The notes beneath the pieces were generated by a model. The model saw nothing but the letters and a program-made list of their open reading frames with translations, did not search any database and was not told the DNA's origin. Made by a program: the position numbers and the translations under genes. 64,000 nt of DNA. It comes from an uncultured Prevotellaceae bacterium. Lineage in GTDB: Bacteria > Bacteroidota > Bacteroidia > Bacteroidales > UBA3663. Every line of letters starts with the position of its first letter. The stretch's first letter is position 1. Shown here piece after piece: positions 49,355 through 58,443 of this stretch. The DNA lies in NCBI GenBank assembly GCA_964567855.1, contig CAZMOE010000010.1:7531-71530 (forward strand). Reading direction: 5' to 3'.

Positions 49355-51133
49355 ATGAAAGCATATAAAAAATTATTTGCCCTGCTTCCGTTGATGGCGA
49401 TTTCCATGGTTGCCTGCAACGATCTGGAAGATCAGGACTATTTCGACTACACCGGCAAGATCAACGAAAACAAGGAGGTCGTTTCTGTTGATCAGACTTC
49501 TGCCGCCTATATGCGTGGACGCAAGAATCTCTCTTCTATGGTTAATCTGTTCGAGAAAACCGGCGTTCTGGATGAAATGGAGAAGAAAGGCATGTTGCAT
49601 ACGATTCTTGTCGTGGTCGATAGTGTTTATCAGGCTCCGGCTGCAGAGCGTGACGCCTTTATTGCCAAGTCTCATATCACAGACGTAGCCATTTCTCCCT
49701 CTAAACTCAACGATGGGGATCGTCTTTTGATGTGGCATGATAAGTATGTTAAGATTGCCAAAGATGCCGAGGCCGAACAGGGCAACATCATCAACCACAT
49801 TCATTTCAATAATGCCAGTTTGCAGGAAGTTATCAATACGAAAGACGGTTATATCTACGTTATTTCCGAAATGATCGACACTCCCCAGTCACTGCAGGAC
49901 TATATCAATGGGTTGGATTCCGCAAAGTATAGTATTTTCAAAGACATGGTGCTTTCTTCAGGCGGTAAGATTTTTGACCGTGCCAATAGTAAGATCATCG
50001 GTGTCGATGACCGCGGCAATACGCTCTATGACACGGCATGGATTTATTCCAACGATTTTTTCGATGCCAAGAACTTCAACCTGAGTTCCGAGTCTCTGAC
50101 AGCTACGATGCTCACTTTCTCCAATGAGGTCATCAATACTGCAATGCAGCGGGCTGACAGTACGCTCCGCGCCTGGGGATACCGTTCGGGTGTGTCTGGC
50201 AGCGGAGACTATATCGAAGGCCGCAGCGATTCTATTCTGCGCCGTTGGATTTTGGAGACTGCTTTCTTCAACAAGAGCTATTCTGTTGAAGATCTGACCC
50301 CGAAAGCAGGAGAAGACGAAAGCGTCAACGATATTAAGTCTATCTATGATCGTCAGTGGCGTACCAGCCGGCAGACGTTGGACCTTACCAATCCGGTGCA
50401 GCTTTCCAATGGTGTGGCTTATGACGTCAAGCATCTCCGCATTCCAAACAATGTGCTGATCTATCGTCTCAAAGAGGAATTCTATTATTATGAATATTGT
50501 ACGGATGAGGAGAAGAACACTTATTTCAAGATGGATAATCTTACATTCTCCAATTGTAACAATGATGTAGACGCTTGGACGCCATTGGCCGGTGTATGGC
50601 CGATGCACGGCAACCGTGTGCTGATTCTCGCACAGGCTGATAAGGAAAACAAGGCATTTACTTTGGATTATACTCCCATTCGGGCTATTTCCGACGGGGT
50701 GTCCTATAGTGTGAGTCCCGTTCTGGTTCCCCCCGGAACCTATCGTCTTGCTATGGGCTTCAAGCAGAACATGAATGTGACGATGGATATCTCTCTTTGC
50801 AGCGTTATTGGTCCTGATACGATCGTTCTTGCGACAAATACCATCGCTACTGACGGAACCGTAGGTACAGCCTATCACTATGATCGTGGTACGACGCTCA
50901 GCAATACCCATCCGGAAGGTTATAATGCCAAAGATCCGTCAGTTTCCAGCAACAGTAAGGCCGGAAATTACGATACGGACGGCGGTCTTGTGCTTGGCGA
51001 GGTTGAGATAGAAGATCCGGGCAACGGTTCGGCCGTGCAGGTGCTGATTCGTGTTCATGCCTCCGATGTGGGCAGTGTCACTAAATATACGTTTAACCAC
51101 TGGTGCTTACGCCCGACGACAAATAACTATTAA
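49355..51133 (+). CDS. Fasciclin-like PUL lipoprotein (candidate glycan-binding protein)
   Basis: MVAC lipobox; DGYIYVI and SNGVAY degenerate FAS1 motifs. Confidence 0.75.
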   Translation: MKAYKKLFALLPLMAISMVACNDLEDQDYFDYTGKINENKEVVSVDQTSAAYMRGRKNLSSMVNLFEKTGVLDEMEKKGMLHTILVVVDSVYQAPAAERDAFIAKSHITDVAISPSKLNDGDRLLMWHDKYVKIAKDAEAEQGNIINHIHFNNASLQEVINTKDGYIYVISEMIDTPQSLQDYINGLDSAKYSIFKDMVLSSGGKIFDRANSKIIGVDDRGNTLYDTAWIYSNDFFDAKNFNLSSESLTATMLTFSNEVINTAMQRADSTLRAWGYRSGVSGSGDYIEGRSDSILRRWILETAFFNKSYSVEDLTPKAGEDESVNDIKSIYDRQWRTSRQTLDLTNPVQLSNGVAYDVKHLRIPNNVLIYRLKEEFYYYEYCTDEEKNTYFKMDNLTFSNCNNDVDAWTPLAGVWPMHGNRVLILAQADKENKAFTLDYTPIRAISDGVSYSVSPVLVPPGTYRLAMGFKQNMNVTMDISLCSVIGPDTIVLATNTIATDGTVGTAYHYDRGTTLSNTHPEGYNAKDPSVSSNSKAGNYDTDGGLVLGEVEIEDPGNGSAVQVLIRVHASDVGSVTKYTFNHWCLRPTTNNY

Positions 51134-51139
51134 AATATT

Positions 51140-54100
51140 ATGAAAAATATGCTGTTTAAATATAGTCTTTGCTGTTTGGCTTTGGCCGGCGGAGTGGCCA
51201 TGGCCCAGCAGCCGGTAGCAGCCGGGACAGAGAAGAAGGCCAGTGCCGGCAAATATAATCTCAGCGGTATTATTTATGACGAGACTAATAAACCGGTGGC
51301 TGATGCTATTCTTACCACAGCCGGACATAAGGTTGTTCGTACCGATGAATTCGGACACTTTGAATTGACCGGGTTACAGGAATGGGCCAATGTGAAAGTT
51401 TCTGCTGACGGTTATTATTCCAAAGATATTCGTGTTACCCGCGATGCCGAGGGTCTGTTGGTTTACCTTATCAATAAGAATGTTCCCGATTATACGGAGA
51501 CAAAGGTCTTGCCCGGAGAGGTCGTGGAAGGTGTAGTTATCGCCACTTCGTCTTCTCATATTCAGAAGAAAGATTTTGGTCTTGGTGCCGTGACATTAGA
51601 TAAGGCCCTGCAGGGCAAGATGGGCGGTCTGCAGGTGGTTCAGAAGAGCGGTATGACGGGCGAGGGTGCTTATCTTGCCGTGCGTGGTATCCGTTCTCTG
51701 GCTGCCGAGAATACTCCGTTGATTGTTATTAACGGCGTGCCGTTTATGCCGGATAATAACGAATCTTCTTTGGTGTCGGGCTATTCTCGTTCCATTTTTC
51801 AGTCTATCAATCCTCAGGACATCGCCAACGTCACTTTGTTGAAAGGTGCCGAGGCTGCGGCCTACGGATCTCTGGGTTCCAACGGCGTTCTGATGATCGA
51901 GACCGACGGGGCCAAGTCCGACGATCTGAATACCAAGATCACCTTTGCCGGTTCGGTCGGCATGAACTGGAATAACCAGCGTCTCCCGCTGATGAATTCC
52001 GCTCAGTACAAGACCTATCTGTCAGACATTGGTATGGATTATTACAAGAACGATATGGGTGCTTTCTTCGGCGAATTTCCTTTCCTTGGCGATCCGAATG
52101 CCAACAATGCCCAACTTTATCGTTTCAATACTAACTGGCAGGATGAGATCTACCGCAGCAGTATGACCCATGACTATCTTTTCCGTGTGGAAGGTGGTGA
52201 TGCTATTGCTAAGTATGACATTTCTCTGGGTTATACCGGTGATCAGGGAACCCTTAAAAATACGAAGAGCGATCGCTATCATGCGCAGATCAACGCCAAT
52301 GTTTTGGTGAGCAAGCAGTTCGAGATCACAGCCTCTGTCAACCTGGCCTATCTCAACGGTCAATATCAGGAACAGGGCTATACTTATGAGACGAACCCTT
52401 TGCTGGCCGCTTACCGTCGATCACCTCTGTTGAATCCCTACAAGACCAATAATGTCCCGGAGGCTGATGGTTCCTATCGTTTGCTGGATACTTATTCAAG
52501 CTACTATTTCGGTTCCAGTCAGAACACCGATTTCATTGTCAGCAACCCGCTTGCAGTTGTCAATGGAGTGGAGGCTTCGATTCGTCAATATGATGTCAAT
52601 ACCAAGATTCAGTTGACTTACAAGCCGACCAATGACCTTTCTTTCAATGCCATCGTGGGACTTTACAGCAACTATGACAAGGAAAAGAATTTTATCCCCG
52701 GTATCGACAACGGTGACATTGTTCCGCTTTTCGATCAGTACGGCAAGGCAGATAATACGTTGCGAGTAGGAGAGGGTACGGTGTTCAATATGTATTACGG
52801 TGCTACCGCACAATATCATAAACTCTTCAACCGTCGTCACGATTTGTCCGTGAAGGCCGGTTATCAAGTGCTTATGACCAAGAATGAGTATGATATGGCT
52901 TCGGGCCGCAATACCCCTAACGATTTTTATCAGACTATGGGTGATGTCAACAGCATCGGCCGCAATTTCTCCGGTTACAACAATGTCTGGAACTGGATGG
53001 GCGGTTATGTCGCTGCGGATTATACGTTCGGCAACCTCTTCCGTGCCGGCGCGGTCGGTTCTGTCGACGGGGCATCGTCAACCGGAAAAGATGTGACGCG
53101 CGCCAACTTCTTCCCGGCTGCCCATGCCACGATTATGCTGGCTAACTGGAGCGGGCTGGACCGTCTGGACTGGCTGAACAAGTTGGATGTCTATGCGGAC
53201 TACAGCATAACCGGCAACAGCCGTTATTCATCCAAGCTGGGACAGTACTACTATACCAGCAAGCCCTACATGAGCGTAGCCGGTATCATTCGTGCCAATG
53301 TGCCCAATACGAAGTTGAAAGTCGAGACCGATAAGACCGTGAATGCCGGTTTGGATATGTCATTCTTCCGCCACCGTTTCAACGTAAAGGCCGGATTCTA
53401 TCAGACCGAGGCTGAAGACGTGCTGATGCTGAGCACCAAGTCTTCTGCTATGGGTACCTCGCCTTATTATAATAATGATGCGGCTATCCGCAGCCGCGGT
53501 CTGGAAATTTCCGCACAGTTGGCCTTGGTTTCTACTCGAGACTTCCGCTGGATGGTAGGCGCCAATGTGACGACTCTCGAAAACGAGGTGACCTCTTTGG
53601 GCAATGTCAATGAATATATTTCTACATTGAGTGACGGAGGTGAAATCATTACCCGTGTCGGAGAAAATCCGTATGCATTCTATGGCTACAAGACGGCCGG
53701 AGTTTATTCCACTACGGAAGAAGCGGCTACTGCCGGACTTAAGAACCGTAACAATGTAGCTTATCAGGCCGGTGACGTCCGTTATGTGGATCTGAATAAC
53801 GATGGTATTATCAACGACAAAGATAAGGTCGTACTCGGTTCCGCTACGCCGGATTTGTTCGGTAGCGTTTATACTTCATTGGAATATAAGGGCTGGGCTC
53901 TTGATCTCGATTTCGTATTCTCTAAAGGCAATAAGGCATATAATGCCATGCGCCGTATTACGGAATCTTCTTCAGACTTCTCCAATCAAAGTGTTTCCGT
54001 TATGCGCCGTTGGCAGAACGAAGGCGACATCACCGATATGCCTCGCGCTACTTTCGGTGACGTTGTCGGCAACAATGATTTTTCCGACCGTTTTGTTGAA

Positions 54101-54340
54101 GATGCCTCCTACTTCAAGTTGCGTGACATCACACTCAGTTATACATTCAACAAGAAGGTCCTGAAACTTATTCAGGGCGGAACAATCTATGTATCCGGTC
54201 AGAATCTGCTTTGCTTTACTGACTATCTGGGTATGGATCCGGAATATTCTTATTCCAACAGCACGCTGATGCAGGGTGTGGACTATGGAAAGGTAGCACT
54301 GCCCAAGTCTGTCAAGATAGGTGTGAATCTGAAGTTCTAA
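51140..54340 (+). CDS. susC: SusC/RagA TonB-dependent transporter (second)
   Basis: DIANVTLLKG..AAYGSLGSNGV, GDVRYVDLN.DG, EDASYFKLR, terminal F. Confidence 0.96.
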   Translation: MKNMLFKYSLCCLALAGGVAMAQQPVAAGTEKKASAGKYNLSGIIYDETNKPVADAILTTAGHKVVRTDEFGHFELTGLQEWANVKVSADGYYSKDIRVTRDAEGLLVYLINKNVPDYTETKVLPGEVVEGVVIATSSSHIQKKDFGLGAVTLDKALQGKMGGLQVVQKSGMTGEGAYLAVRGIRSLAAENTPLIVINGVPFMPDNNESSLVSGYSRSIFQSINPQDIANVTLLKGAEAAAYGSLGSNGVLMIETDGAKSDDLNTKITFAGSVGMNWNNQRLPLMNSAQYKTYLSDIGMDYYKNDMGAFFGEFPFLGDPNANNAQLYRFNTNWQDEIYRSSMTHDYLFRVEGGDAIAKYDISLGYTGDQGTLKNTKSDRYHAQINANVLVSKQFEITASVNLAYLNGQYQEQGYTYETNPLLAAYRRSPLLNPYKTNNVPEADGSYRLLDTYSSYYFGSSQNTDFIVSNPLAVVNGVEASIRQYDVNTKIQLTYKPTNDLSFNAIVGLYSNYDKEKNFIPGIDNGDIVPLFDQYGKADNTLRVGEGTVFNMYYGATAQYHKLFNRRHDLSVKAGYQVLMTKNEYDMASGRNTPNDFYQTMGDVNSIGRNFSGYNNVWNWMGGYVAADYTFGNLFRAGAVGSVDGASSTGKDVTRANFFPAAHATIMLANWSGLDRLDWLNKLDVYADYSITGNSRYSSKLGQYYYTSKPYMSVAGIIRANVPNTKLKVETDKTVNAGLDMSFFRHRFNVKAGFYQTEAEDVLMLSTKSSAMGTSPYYNNDAAIRSRGLEISAQLALVSTRDFRWMVGANVTTLENEVTSLGNVNEYISTLSDGGEIITRVGENPYAFYGYKTAGVYSTTEEAATAGLKNRNNVAYQAGDVRYVDLNNDGIINDKDKVVLGSATPDLFGSVYTSLEYKGWALDLDFVFSKGNKAYNAMRRITESSSDFSNQSVSVMRRWQNEGDITDMPRATFGDVVGNNDFSDRFVEDASYFKLRDITLSYTFNKKVLKLIQGGTIYVSGQNLLCFTDYLGMDPEYSYSNSTLMQGVDYGKVALPKSVKIGVNLKF

Positions 54341-54374
54341 AATTTTCCATGCTTATCATTCAAATATAAAGAAT

Positions 54375-56138
54375 ATGAAAAGATATTTTAAATATATATT
54401 GACCGTAGCGGCCGCAGCAAGTACGCTGACCGCCTGCGACGATTTCTTCGATCCGGAAACCGACGATACTCTGGACGGAGACAAGTATATGTCTTCATTG
54501 ACCGAAATGTACACTGGTGCTCTCGGTATCTATTCCAAGATGCAGGCCATCGGTGACAAATCGATCTATCTGACTGATACGCGAGGTGAGCTCCTGGAAC
54601 CCTCCGAGCGTTCCATCGGCGACCTGATCGCTCTTTATAATTACGAGGACGATCTTTCGGGTAATGAATATGCCGATCCGGCCGGCTATTACGACGTGGT
54701 TATCGCCTGCAACGACTATTTGCAGAACATTTTGGATTTCAAGAAAGAATATCCGGAGCTTGTGGCCGAAAGTCCTTATTATGAAGGGTTGATCAGTATG
54801 GCCCTCCGCATCAAGGTGTGGGCCTATCTGACCATGGCCGAAATTTACGGCCAGACGCTTTGGTTCGATGATCCGATTTATAAAATTACAGATTTGTCAG
54901 ATAGCAATACATACCAGTTGCTTACTCTGGACGGTACCGTAGACAAATGTATCGATGTTCTTGTCAACGGTTACAAGGGCTACCGTGCCGATCTTTCTTT
55001 TTCTTGGAAAGATTATCTGGATCCTGAGACCGCTTTGGCCAACAGTACTTACCGCTATTGGGATATGATGACACCGCCTTACGGTGGTCTTTTGAGTCGT
55101 CTGTATCTTTGGAAAGGTGCGGCTTTGGATGCTGCTGGGGCACATGAGGCTGCTGTTCCTTATTATAAAACGGTTGCAGATACTTTGCTGAGTGCCATCA
55201 ATTATCAGTTTGCCACGACCGGTAACAGCAGTAATCCTCAGTACTATTCTCGTTCTACTGCAACTCCTGGTAACTATGGCAGTTATTGGGACAATAGCGG
55301 TAAGGACCCGTATGCCCGTACCGTGATCGGGGTAATCACTTATAACTATCTGAACAATCAGACCAACCGGCTCCTTCATCATTTCAGCAACGAGTATCCG
55401 AACGCCTATCTGCTGCGTCCGGCAGAAATAGGACGTCAGCGCTGGGAAGATGATGAGTTCAATCCTGGTGCTTCCGCAGCCAACGAGAAACGTGGGGGCG
55501 TGGTATGTAAGCAGAATAACGGTGTGTGGTATTTGGGTAAATATCGTCCTGTGGGAAGTACCCGTCGTGTTAATCCGTATGAGGATGATGTATGTATTTA
55601 TACCTTCCGTTCTGAAGATTATCTGTTCATGTTGACCGAAGCACTGAATGCGCTGGGCCGTTATGTCGTAGCCGACGGTGTTTTGAATCAGGGTATCTTT
55701 AACCGTACGACGGAATTGGACAGCATCACCAATCACCGCGATTCCTGCAGTGTGGCTTTGATTCAGGAATGGGACGGATTCAACACCGATTGGACCTCTA
55801 ACCCGAGCTGGGGAACGGCAAAATATCCTTATGTCGGTATTCGCGGTTGTATGACTTTGGCCTCTCGAGTTTTGAAAACCGAACAGACTGAGGAAGCCCG
55901 TCAGTATAATGACAGTTTGCTGGCCAATGAATATGTTCTTGAATTCTCCGCCGAAGGAAAGATTTATCCGGCATTGATTCGTTTTGCGAAACGTTACAAT
56001 GATCCGACTTTCATTACCGACCGTGTTACTCCGAAATATGGAGAGAAAGCAGCGATGATTGAAAGCAAGATCTTGAGCAATAATCCGACGACCGGTCTTC
56101 CGGGTTATTTCGTACCGTGGGATTTGAAGGTCAAGTAA
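54375..56138 (+). CDS. susD: SusD-like lipoprotein (second, divergent)
   Basis: LTAC lipobox, LEFSAEGK, follows susC. Confidence 0.88.
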   Translation: MKRYFKYILTVAAAASTLTACDDFFDPETDDTLDGDKYMSSLTEMYTGALGIYSKMQAIGDKSIYLTDTRGELLEPSERSIGDLIALYNYEDDLSGNEYADPAGYYDVVIACNDYLQNILDFKKEYPELVAESPYYEGLISMALRIKVWAYLTMAEIYGQTLWFDDPIYKITDLSDSNTYQLLTLDGTVDKCIDVLVNGYKGYRADLSFSWKDYLDPETALANSTYRYWDMMTPPYGGLLSRLYLWKGAALDAAGAHEAAVPYYKTVADTLLSAINYQFATTGNSSNPQYYSRSTATPGNYGSYWDNSGKDPYARTVIGVITYNYLNNQTNRLLHHFSNEYPNAYLLRPAEIGRQRWEDDEFNPGASAANEKRGGVVCKQNNGVWYLGKYRPVGSTRRVNPYEDDVCIYTFRSEDYLFMLTEALNALGRYVVADGVLNQGIFNRTTELDSITNHRDSCSVALIQEWDGFNTDWTSNPSWGTAKYPYVGIRGCMTLASRVLKTEQTEEARQYNDSLLANEYVLEFSAEGKIYPALIRFAKRYNDPTFITDRVTPKYGEKAAMIESKILSNNPTTGLPGYFVPWDLKVK

Positions 56139-56216
56139 GTAGAAGTATATAGTCGGCATGTCGCGGACGGGCAACGGTTTTCCGTGTTGATCCTGTTCTG
56201 CGACAGGGCCGGGTGG

Positions 56217-56259
56217 AAACGAGGGTGTGACTAATATTTAATATGTCATACCCTCGTTT
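56217..56259. terminator. REP-like inverted repeat, probable PUL terminator
   Basis: AAACGAGGGTGTGAC-N13-GTCATACCCTCGTTT (one G-U pair). Confidence 0.75.
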
Positions 56260-56522
56260 GATATGTAAGAATGGGCGGGGACATCTGATGCTAAGAATGC
56301 GGTCGACGGGAGCTTTCTTTTATATGTGGATTAGCTTGGATGTCGATAGCAATGAGGTAGATTTTCCAATCTTGCACACCGTCGTTTTTATCAGATAAGG
56401 AGTGGGTGCGTTGATAAAAAAGGGTCTCAAGGGAACAGAGATATAATGTCGGTTGCATGGATACGGCAGGTCCGGTTTTCAACATTGAATTATGGAGAAC
56501 ATATATTCATGAAAATGGACAT

Positions 56523-57046
56523 GTTCCCCCGCCAACTAAGCCGGCTTAAATGACCAATTAAGAATGGCATGACCGCAACGAACTGGATAATCTTACTCCT
56601 GAACCTTATTCATTCTATGTGATGGCCAAGGCCTATGCGGATTTGAAGGTTCTGTTTGCATTTCTTGATGCAGAGGTATTCTGAGTCTCCCGACCGAAGA
56701 AAAATATGTAGTTCGCAACCATTGAACGGCTGGAGATTCCAAACGACAGCCAAGTGTATTGGATGACTCACGCATCAAGGTCACAGGCCCAAAATCAAGC
56801 GAGTTATATCCAGAGGATATGCATTTTGTCAGATTGTATGATCCTGATAATACTGATATTGTTTCCTACACCAGCCCTTACTCGATTACAGAAGTGGCAT
56901 CCCTAATTAGAATCTTATCTTTGGAAAGAAGCGATTTACGAGCTTTGATTACAAAAACAGATTCATCAATCATTTCAGATCAAAATGTCAGAGCCACCCT
57001 TTATTTGATTATATTTAAACCAACGCGATTTTTATCGCACCAGTAG
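56523..57046 (+). mobile_element. Degenerate IS4-family transposase remnant with probable right terminal repeat
   Basis: EWHDRNELDNLTPEPYSFYVMAKAY..*VSRPKKNM*.., a frameshift, then DSRIKVTG.KS..LYPEDM.FVRLYDPDN..PYSITEVA..QNV; stops at 56682 and 56709; ends TTTTTATCGCACCAGTAG. Confidence 0.8.
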
Positions 57047-57113
57047 TAGTCTGAGAAGTTGCTTGCTGTTTAGTGTAAGTTGAGATAGTGAAGATTAAGT
57101 TATGGAGAGAAAT

Positions 57114-57145
57114 GTTGTGAGTTTCAGAAAAAATGAGTATATTTG
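57114..57145 (+). promoter_or_regulatory. Promoter (GTTG-N20-TATATTTG)
   Basis: Consensus match upstream of the SGNH gene. Confidence 0.6.
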
Positions 57146-57245
57146 TACATTGAAATATTCAACAGCTTAAATATGCACAGGTTTCATCTGGCAGATTATG
57201 GAGAACGCTCAGCGTGTCGATTGGCAATAACAACAAAATAAGGAT

Positions 57246-58418
57246 ATGAAAAGGTTAGTATTTTCTTTATTATCCTCCCTGTGCATCTTGGGAGGAATGG
57301 CTCAGGATGCTGGAAGATCGTGGACTGGAACATGGGCTACCGCAGTGGAATTTACAGGTCCTGGCGATATGCCTAAAGCAAGTCTTTCCGGACGGTCGCT
57401 TCGGGAGATAGTACAGGTGTCGATACCCGGCAAAACATTGCGAATGCAGCTCAGCAATATTCATAGCAAGGGGCCAGTAGAGATAAAATCAGTATTCATT
57501 GCCAATGCTGCTGATTCTTGCGATATAGATGTAAAATCTGCCAAATATCTTACTTTCAATGGTAAGAAATCTGTTACGATTGCTCCAGGTGAAGCGGTAT
57601 ATTGCGATGATTTAAAATATGACTTAAAGCCTCTGCAGAGATTGGCGATAACCATCAATTACGGAGATAATACCCCTGTCAATGCTTCTTCCCACAGAGG
57701 TTCTCGTACTACATCTTATATCATCAAGGGGGAATCCAAACCCAAAACCAAGTTTACAGATGCTGAAAAATTAGACCATTGGTATAATATTTCATGTATT
57801 GATGTGCTCACTGACACACCGACCGAATGCATAGCCATCATAGGCAATTCGATAACCGACGGACGAGGAAGTACTACAAACTTGCAGAACCGCTGGCCGG
57901 ATTTTCTTGCTAAGGCTCTTGATGGAAAAGTCGGGGTACTCAATCTCGGTATTGGTGGCAATGCCGTCGTAAGCGGTGGACTCAGTGAACCGGCAGTAGT
58001 GCGTTTCGACCGGGATGTTCTTGGACAATCAGGTGTTACATCCGTTGTGATTTTTGAAGGCGTTAACGATATAGGTGGTCAACGACCCAATCATCAGGAG
58101 ATCGTCAACAATATTATTGAGGCATACAGCACTTTCATTAAGAAGTGTAAGGATTCAGGGAAAAAGGTTTATCTTGCAACGATAACACCCTACAAAAACA
58201 GTTTCTATGAAAATCATTTCAGTGAAGCAGCGCGTCTTACTCTCAATGATTGGATTCGTGCGAACAAAGATGTAGACGGAGTGATAGATTTCGATGCAGC
58301 TGTCCAGGACCCTGCTAATCCGTCAGCCTTGCGTCTGGAATATTCTGACGACTGGCTGCATCTGAATCCTGCAGGCTATGAGGCCATGGGGAAATTTGCG
58401 GCAGAAGCCATAAAATGA
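57246..58418 (+). CDS. SGNH/GDSL hydrolase (probable carbohydrate esterase)
   Basis: GNSITDG, GIGGN, EGVND and DWLH blocks; signal peptide. Confidence 0.93.
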   Translation: MKRLVFSLLSSLCILGGMAQDAGRSWTGTWATAVEFTGPGDMPKASLSGRSLREIVQVSIPGKTLRMQLSNIHSKGPVEIKSVFIANAADSCDIDVKSAKYLTFNGKKSVTIAPGEAVYCDDLKYDLKPLQRLAITINYGDNTPVNASSHRGSRTTSYIIKGESKPKTKFTDAEKLDHWYNISCIDVLTDTPTECIAIIGNSITDGRGSTTNLQNRWPDFLAKALDGKVGVLNLGIGGNAVVSGGLSEPAVVRFDRDVLGQSGVTSVVIFEGVNDIGGQRPNHQEIVNNIIEAYSTFIKKCKDSGKKVYLATITPYKNSFYENHFSEAARLTLNDWIRANKDVDGVIDFDAAVQDPANPSALRLEYSDDWLHLNPAGYEAMGKFAAEAIK

Positions 58419-58443
58419 ATAAAGTGATTGAATACAGAACACT

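Noticed and set aside
54897-56174. 425-aa minus-strand ORF
   Set aside because: Shadow of the second susD.
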